Below are positions 57,320-64,000 of a stretch of 64,000 bases of DNA, one piece after another. The position numbers and the translations under genes were made by a program. This stretch comes from a virus. Under the pieces are notes generated by a model, which saw only the letters and a list, made by a program, of their open reading frames with translations, had not been told where the DNA came from and made no database searches. Position 1 is the stretch's first letter; the number at the start of each line of letters is the position of its first letter. The DNA lies in the IMG/VR virus record IMGVR_UViG_3300036715_002570, positions 32,001-96,000 of that record; one strand, written 5' to 3'.

Positions 57320-58528
57320 TTATGGTAGCAAAACTCAAGTTGGATGAAGAGGTCGCTGTGTCCTACGCGGTGAACATTCGTGGTGAGAAGGCTGACCCAA
57401 ATACGATCCAGTTTTTTAACGGTCACGAGTCATTGTTCACTGCGGTGCAAGTGATGCGGTTGGCTGACAAATTGGGTGTTAAATTGGTGCAGGATGATAA
57501 ATCTAATTGGACCGCTTTTCAGTACCAAGGAAAGCACCTGTCTAACGTCAACTTTTATCATCCTAGTCACGCCTATGCTTTCCTGTTGGGTGTGGCTGCC
57601 ATCAAGGGAATTACATGAGCCACAAATTTACCGTGCACGTAGAGGGTGCTGACACGGCAGCAAAGAAGGCACTAACACACCTGCTAGCCTCATTTCTGGA
57701 AGACAGCGTCAAGCACGTAATCGTTCCAGGCGAACGTATGTCAATGCAGAAGATTTTCGGGCAGATGGATCGAATTCAAGACCATGCTGTGGTTGAATTC
57801 GTCACAGATGCTCCCGTGGTGCACACCGTTCAAGCGGTAGTTGCACCTACAACGGTTGCTGGCACTGCTCCTACCTACACGGCCGCCACTGTATCTGCAC
57901 CTGCCACTGTATCCGTTTCCGCAAGTGCTGTTGATGAAGACGGTGACGCGTTGACTCTGCCAAACGTAGCAGAGTTTCTTCCTCCAACCCCTGCGAAGGC
58001 ATTACCGCAGCATCCTGCTACTGTGATGGCACGACCAAAGCATCGTTGGTAAAGTGAAGCCCATGCCTCGTAAATAGCACGACTATGGAGGGGGCACATG
58101 GAGAGCAATTGGCACAACTGGTTTGCGTGGCGGCCAGTTCGAATGATGGGTGGTAGGATTGTATGGTTCTGCTACGTATGGCGCCGTCGAATTCGACAGC
58201 AATGGCAATATCACGTTTTCTGAAAGGCCAACGATGGACATGAAGACCACTGGCTACGCAGCAATTGATCTCCAAGAGTTCCTTGAGATCGTATTGATGT
58301 GGCATTGCAGTGGTGATATTCCCATGGACCGCAAGTCAACTGCGGAGTTCATTGAGACGGACACCTTCAGTGAATTTCTGATGTCCGTTAAGCACTGGGC
58401 GCGCAGATTTGGTGTAAAGGTACCAACGACAGCTGAGATCGTCAAGACGCTGTACGCGCTATACAACGATCCTGCGCGTTGCAGTACATGACGGTTGCGA
58501 TATATACTCCGATCTAACAGGAGTTTCT

Positions 58529-58957
58529 ATGTCGTACGATAAAAAGTTGGTCTACCGGGCAAGTCTAATCCCATATGTCGTGGAGAACGGCCAGGTACTG
58601 ATGATGTTCATGAAGCCGTCCAACCCTGAGTATGGCGGCAATACCTACCAACTGGCCAAGGGCCGCATTGAAGATGGTGAGGACTCGAAGGCTGCTGCGA
58701 TCCGTGAAGCGAAAGAAGAGCTCGGCTTGTTCGTTGGCAATGTTGTATTGACCGAAAGCATCGGTCAATTCATGGGTAGGACGTCGGTATACGTTGCCAA
58801 AGTCAAGGATCGCAATATGTTCGGTGAGCCGGATTTTGAAACGGAAAGCGTCACGTGGATGACGGCCGAAGAGTTTGATCACGTTGGTCGTGATCTCCAC
58901 CGCCCCGTAGTCAAGGCTGCTGTGCGGAAAATTTGTCAGTTGGAGAAGCTACAATGA
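58529..58957 (+). CDS. Nudix hydrolase
   Basis: KGRIEDGEDSKAAAIREAKEELG. Confidence 0.92.
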   Translation: MSYDKKLVYRASLIPYVVENGQVLMMFMKPSNPEYGGNTYQLAKGRIEDGEDSKAAAIREAKEELGLFVGNVVLTESIGQFMGRTSVYVAKVKDRNMFGEPDFETESVTWMTAEEFDHVGRDLHRPVVKAAVRKICQLEKLQ

Positions 58958-59217
58958 AGTTACGAGCACTATTAGAGCGAGATTACACGTACCCTGTATC
59001 GGTTCAGTACGAACAGGAATACACAAATGCGGACGGTGAGGTTGACGTCGAGGAAGATCCATACGCTACAGGTGATTCTCCGTCGCTGTCTTCTTTTGAG
59101 CCGACAGCTGTGTTCGTGACGGACACAAAGGAGCAGCTGGATCTTGCAGCGTTCCTCAAGTCGTTGACACCAGCACTGTACGAGTGGATTACCAGCGAAG
59201 CGCTGGAATTGGCCTAA
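58954..59217 (+). CDS. acidic small protein
   Basis: MKLRALLE N-terminus. Confidence 0.55.
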   Translation: MKLRALLERDYTYPVSVQYEQEYTNADGEVDVEEDPYATGDSPSLSSFEPTAVFVTDTKEQLDLAAFLKSLTPALYEWITSEALELA

Positions 59218-59267
59218 TACTAGACGTGCCCTCATAAATACTCCTACAACTCTGTAGGAGAACCAAT

Positions 59268-60032
59268 ATGAGTACACAATGGAATATGGCTTCAGTACGC
59301 CGCCTCGCCGGCCTGCCACTGACAGAAGGTTGGATGCGTGATGACGACGACGATGATGAAGATCCAGACGTCAAGATTGTCAATGCTGACAAGGGCCAAA
59401 CGGCTTTCGAACGCAAGAACAAGAGCCACCTCGATGACAACGCTGAAGCACTGAAGAAACGCACAGCTGAAGTCAAGGCAAAGGCAGCTGAGAAAAAGGC
59501 CGAGAAGAAGGCTGAACCAAAGTCTGAGACCCCTGCAAAGGACAAGACAGAAGAGAAGTCTCCACCTGCTGAAAAGGCTCCTGCTAAGGCTGAGCCAGCC
59601 AAGGAAGAAAAGAAGGTTGAAGCTGCGGCTGAGAAGAAGCGTCGTGGTAAGGCTCCTGATGAGAACAGCAAGTCGGGCCAGATGCGTACGTGGTACAACG
59701 CAAACAAGCCAACACAGCGCAAGCACTTCCTTGCTCATGCAGCAAAGATTGGCATGAGCGCTGCTCAGGCATCAACCTTGCATGCCAAGCTGAATCCAAA
59801 GTCTGGCCGCGAGGTCAAGACCGACGAGTGCTACGTGATTACACACCCGTTCATGCCATCGTTCATGCTTGCAGAAAACCGCGAAATGAACGGTCAAATG
59901 CAGTGGATCGATCCAGCAAGCCCTCTCGATCCATTGGTGTTTGAAACCGCTGAGGAAGCTCAGAAGGTTGTCAAGTACATGGCTGAGTGGAAGGGTCAAA
60001 CATCCAAGGTAACGAAGGTTGTGTTTGACTGA
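59268..60032 (+). CDS. late K/E/A-rich probable virion protein
   Basis: RRLAGL...TE motif, late promoter. Confidence 0.65.
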   Translation: MSTQWNMASVRRLAGLPLTEGWMRDDDDDDEDPDVKIVNADKGQTAFERKNKSHLDDNAEALKKRTAEVKAKAAEKKAEKKAEPKSETPAKDKTEEKSPPAEKAPAKAEPAKEEKKVEAAAEKKRRGKAPDENSKSGQMRTWYNANKPTQRKHFLAHAAKIGMSAAQASTLHAKLNPKSGREVKTDECYVITHPFMPSFMLAENREMNGQMQWIDPASPLDPLVFETAEEAQKVVKYMAEWKGQTSKVTKVVFD

Positions 60033-60242
60033 TCATGAACTCGCTGTTCTACACTGTCTGGCTCGGCGTTCAGGTAATCCATCCAGACACCCATGTGGCT
60101 AATTGCAAAGCTCCGCGGTAAGACGTATGAGTGGTGGGGCGGCGTACAGTAAGACGCAAACTTACTAGTAAACAAAGGGAAGCGTTGCTTCCCTTTCTTT
60201 TTGCCTATACGATATAGGCTTCTATCTACGTATGAAGCTCCT

Positions 60243-60722
60243 GTGAACAAACTTCTTGCCGCCCTGATGCTCGTCGCGTTTAACGCTTATGCGGTCGACG
60301 CCCCTGATCCGACGCTGACTCCTGGCGCCGCCCGAACGACGGACCCCGCTGACATCTGCTCGACCGCTGGTCACAAGATCAGCACAAAGGATGTCCGCAA
60401 TGTGCCAGAGTCCGTCAAGAGGCAAGTGTTCGCTGAGTATCACGTTGACGGTGGCAACCACACTGGTTACTGTGCTGTGACGAGCGGATGTGAAGTTGAC
60501 CATCTGATCAGCCTGGAACTCGGCGGCAGCAACGACATCAAGAACCTGTGGCCGCAGCCGTACACCGGTGTGTGGAATGCACACATGAAGGATGCGTTGG
60601 AGGATAAACTGCACCACATGGTCTGCACTGGTCAGATTTCGCTCCCCGATGCCCAACATGCGATCGCTTCCAACTGGAAGGGGGCATGGGTGAAGTACGT
60701 TAACAAGGGACAACCAAAATGA
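60243..60722 (+). CDS. exported HNH-like nuclease
   Basis: Signal peptide, PDP.LTPG, EVDHLISLELGGSN...NLWPQP. Confidence 0.75.
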   Translation: MNKLLAALMLVAFNAYAVDAPDPTLTPGAARTTDPADICSTAGHKISTKDVRNVPESVKRQVFAEYHVDGGNHTGYCAVTSGCEVDHLISLELGGSNDIKNLWPQPYTGVWNAHMKDALEDKLHHMVCTGQISLPDAQHAIASNWKGAWVKYVNKGQPK

Positions 60723-61086
60723 TTGCGTTGGGTACATACGTTCAGTTCAAGCCAGAAATGTTCCTCCCGCCGAATACTCCATGGTATGATGGCTATGAAG
60801 GCCACGTATTCGAGGTGATCGGTTACATGCCGAACCAGGGGATTGAATTCGACCTGTCATCCCCTGAGCTCAAGGGAACACCATTCGATCACGGTGACGT
60901 TGTGTACGACCACATCAGTCTGAAGTGCGTCACTGGCGATGTGGTCGTACGTGGATACGTCCATGATTGGGATGTGATTCAGGTACCTTGACCTGTTCGC
61001 TGAACAGAATATATAGTAGATGACAGGTCTTCGGCTCATCCCTGCTAACTCTGCGCCAAAACAATAACTACAACAAGGAATAGAGC

Positions 61087-61614
61087 ATGAGCACACAGTA
61101 CCCCGCAATTGAATATAAGTGGACCTCTTCCAAGGAATATGTTGATGCATTTCCTGTTGCATACCGGCAATGGAGAGATGATGATAAGAATGGAGATATT
61201 CCTGGATGCAATAAAATTCACGGATATGCTTTCAGCATGAAATTTGAGTTTGGATCTAATGAACTTGATCGCCGAAATTGGGTTCAAGATTATGGATCTC
61301 TCAAGCCACTGAAAGAGTTCTTACAATCCCAGTTTGACCATACCTTGTTGGTCGCATCCGACGATCCTGAGTTGAGTTGGTATAAAGAGGCTGATAAGCG
61401 AGGGATCGCAAAGGTAATTGAACTACCCAATCTGGGGTGCGAATGTCTGGCTGATATGTTGTACAAGTACGTCAATGGTGTGTTTATTCCCACCGCATTC
61501 GGTTCGGGAGAATCAGATCGCATTTGGTGCTACAGGGTTTCAGTGCGAGAAACACAATCGAATGTCGCGTCTCGCACTGGTCATCGTGGGTGGGGAGAGG
61601 ACCTCTTTGCCTGA
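61087..61614 (+). CDS. queD: 6-carboxytetrahydropterin synthase
   Basis: C..IHGY, WVQDYG.LK, FDHTLL, GCE.LA, V.VRET..N. Confidence 0.88.
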   Translation: MSTQYPAIEYKWTSSKEYVDAFPVAYRQWRDDDKNGDIPGCNKIHGYAFSMKFEFGSNELDRRNWVQDYGSLKPLKEFLQSQFDHTLLVASDDPELSWYKEADKRGIAKVIELPNLGCECLADMLYKYVNGVFIPTAFGSGESDRIWCYRVSVRETQSNVASRTGHRGWGEDLFA

Positions 61615-62205
61615 AGTAGTAGTTCGCCACGGTGGTAGACAGCGCCGTGACCATAAACTTCTAAAAGTTTGGTATAGGCATTCGTCAGCATGAGCACATC
61701 CACAGCCCAACCCGTCGCCGATACATTCAATGAATGTATCGCTCAAGAGTTGATTCTGCAAGTCAATCCAAATGCAACAGAGGCAGAGATTACCGAGACT
61801 TGGCACAAGTGTCGCGATAATCCTTGGGATGCTGGCATCCTGTATGCTCTGTTGCAACTCGCAAGGGAGCGCGCATGATCGATACAACCGTCACCGTGTC
61901 GGGGATGGGTGGGTGCATCCAGAATGAGATTTTCTTGATCTCTGGTGCACCCCGCGCAGCGGGGGTTCATTGTCAAGGTGGATGACTCATACTCCCCCAC
62001 AGAGAAGTACGACGACCCCCTCAACACTCCAACAGGTTCGCCAGCATTGTCAGAAATTCAATGCTGGCATACTATCCCCTAACAGACCGCAAGCACGAAC
62101 CAAATACTGTACGTATTATTGCTCGCCATATTCCCCGGGGGCGGTTAAACACAACATTGAAAGTGAATGCCATAAATACAGCACCTGCCCCATAGGAGCG
62201 TATGT

Positions 62206-63480
62206 ATGACATTCAAAATGATCCGGGAAGCACAAGCGCTTGCCCGCCTCGGCCGTAATGCTGAATTCACCCAAACCGTTAAGAACGTGTTGGGTGTTGA
62301 CTCTGTAATCGGCTTGCCTGTGCTGCACGAAGGTGCAAGCCCTGAGCCAAGTGACTTCTCAACTTGGCTAACGACTCTCGTCGATCACGCCGCTGATGCT
62401 GGCATCAACATTTCAAAGCGTCAGGACTTTATGGACCTGGCCCACGAAATGTTTGACAACGACCCAAAGATGGGTATGTTTGGTGGTGGCCACAAGATGC
62501 GTGAGCGTTGTGCCAATATGCTGTGGGCTCAGTACAAGATGAACCAAGCCCACCAGCAAGTGCAAGATCACGTTGCCAACGTTGTTGCCCCAGGCAACGA
62601 AAACGAAGAGTCTGGCTTCAGCCAAGCGCTGACGATGGCCAAGGGTAGCGAAAATGAAGAGCGTGCTCGCACAAAAGCGCCTGTTCTTGCTCGTGCTCTG
62701 AAGGTTAACACGAAGACCAAGAAGAACCCATACCCAGCTGGATCTCTCCGTGCAGCGCTGTGGGATGACCTGCATTCAGGCTCTGAGGATGAGGAAGAAG
62801 ATCCAGAACTGCAAGACGATGTCAACGATGAGATTCCATCCGACATGGACGAGCCAGATTCATCCGATATGTCTCCAGATCAACTCGCCATGCGCATTAC
62901 CGGTGTAGCACACACTAGCGAGGATGACGAGGGCGACATCGAAGCACGTCTCGATGACCTAGAACAGCGCGTATCTGACATCGAAGGTACAGATAAGGAC
63001 GTCGGCAACGATGAACTGCTGGACCAGGAGCGCGAAGACAATCCAGAAATGGATCATCCAAAGGCTGATGACGACACCGACGACGCTGGCATCGACCAGA
63101 TGGGCGATGACGAGTACGCTGACGATGATGGTGAGGAAGATCCGATTGCCGCTGTCCGCAATAAGCCAGAAGGTGAAAAGCCTCGTGCTTTCCAACCAGG
63201 TGCACGCTTCCAAGAGGACGAAGAGTTTTCACCGGAAGTAACCAAGACGATTTTCCAACACGCCATCACACAACCTAAGCAGCATATGGCTCAGGCTCTG
63301 AAGGATGAGGAAGATGCTGGTGCGACAGCTTGGCTGAAGACACAACTGCCTAAGAATCCCCACCCAAAGGATTCACCAGCACACCGTGCTTGGATGAAGG
63401 GTCTGCGCAACACTGCTGCGCAAGCTCTGGGTATTAACCTGAAGCCTCGCGACCCCGTGAAGACCAAGAAGAAGCGCTAA
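62206..63480 (+). CDS. large acidic late protein (head internal or scaffold-like)
   Basis: Repeated ENEE/EDEE motifs, late promoter 62171. Confidence 0.6.
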   Translation: MTFKMIREAQALARLGRNAEFTQTVKNVLGVDSVIGLPVLHEGASPEPSDFSTWLTTLVDHAADAGINISKRQDFMDLAHEMFDNDPKMGMFGGGHKMRERCANMLWAQYKMNQAHQQVQDHVANVVAPGNENEESGFSQALTMAKGSENEERARTKAPVLARALKVNTKTKKNPYPAGSLRAALWDDLHSGSEDEEEDPELQDDVNDEIPSDMDEPDSSDMSPDQLAMRITGVAHTSEDDEGDIEARLDDLEQRVSDIEGTDKDVGNDELLDQEREDNPEMDHPKADDDTDDAGIDQMGDDEYADDDGEEDPIAAVRNKPEGEKPRAFQPGARFQEDEEFSPEVTKTIFQHAITQPKQHMAQALKDEEDAGATAWLKTQLPKNPHPKDSPAHRAWMKGLRNTAAQALGINLKPRDPVKTKKKR

Positions 63481-63588
63481 TGCACCGCGCGTAGAGAGAA
63501 CTAGAGCACCCAACAGTGTTCAGTTCTCTCTACTCACTTTCGGTCGTATAATCATAACAGACGTGTATGTAACACGCAAGAGAAAACA

Positions 63589-63960
63589 ATGCAAGAAGCG
63601 AAGCCTTTCCTGACGGTTCAAGAGCTGATCGATCACGTTGACACCGTTCTCCTATCGTATCAATCCGTGCTCCAGCATGCGCGCGCCGGCACGATTGACA
63701 CTCTATACCATAGCACCATCAAGTGCGTCGTTGACGAAATGATGATGATGCCTTCTCGTCGTGTAGACTTGAAGATGGAGGTGGTTGAGGAGCAGCAAAA
63801 GGTAACTGAGGGGATGGCTACAATCACTAACATCCTCGCTGCAATGTGTGATCGTACCCTAACTGAAGTTACTGAAGATGTGGCTAAGGTAATAGGCGAA
63901 TTTCCCCAGCAGGATGTCATTACAGCCACACAGCTTCGCCGAACGAATATGCTCAACTGA
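63589..63960 (+). CDS. hypothetical protein
   Basis: ORF. Confidence 0.55.
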   Translation: MQEAKPFLTVQELIDHVDTVLLSYQSVLQHARAGTIDTLYHSTIKCVVDEMMMMPSRRVDLKMEVVEEQQKVTEGMATITNILAAMCDRTLTEVTEDVAKVIGEFPQQDVITATQLRRTNMLN

Positions 63961-64000
63961 GTTGAGCATTAAACCCCTATCAGATAGGATATCGGTCATT

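Noticed and set aside
1-64000. Genome-wide UGA or UAG recoding
   Set aside because: Many genes end at TGA or TAG with ATGA/GTGA coupling to the next gene, and no suppressor tRNA is seen

Overview
A 64-kb stretch of a large lytic myophage (jumbo-type, about 50% GC, standard genetic code, almost all genes on the + strand, T4-like late promoter motif ATAAATA throughout). It holds (i) a tRNA and translation-support toolkit: about 22 tRNA or tRNA-like genes, an RNase P RNA, CCA-adding enzyme, Pth2, an RF1-like release factor, an Rnl2-like RNA ligase, and CYTH and cyclic-phosphate-receiver proteins; (ii) NAD/ADP-ribose genes (NAMPT, NAD kinase, NADAR, ADP-ribosylglycohydrolase, Nudix); (iii) 7-deazaguanine genes (queD, queE, a TGT/DpdA-like gene); (iv) virion, spanin and capsid/tail-tube paralogue genes; and (v) about 12 free-standing HNH, GIY-YIG and DUF559-type endonucleases, most with their own late promoter. 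The top finding is an apparent ribosome-dependent transcription attenuator in front of the 16-gene tRNA cluster. A 26-codon leader (MFTTTVITVKVVTNAIKN...) has codons 3-18 drawn only from the six amino acids whose tRNAs lie downstream. It overlaps a mutually exclusive antiterminator/terminator and is followed by a boxA site. Other highlights: a release factor gene with an in-frame UGA at a conserved Trp position; an RNA ligase fractured by a naturally split intein around an endonuclease; endonuclease cassettes that carry replacement copies of the target they disrupt; and tRNAs with non-canonical arms. A few homopolymer frameshifts suggest some sequence error, so single-base claims need checking against reads.
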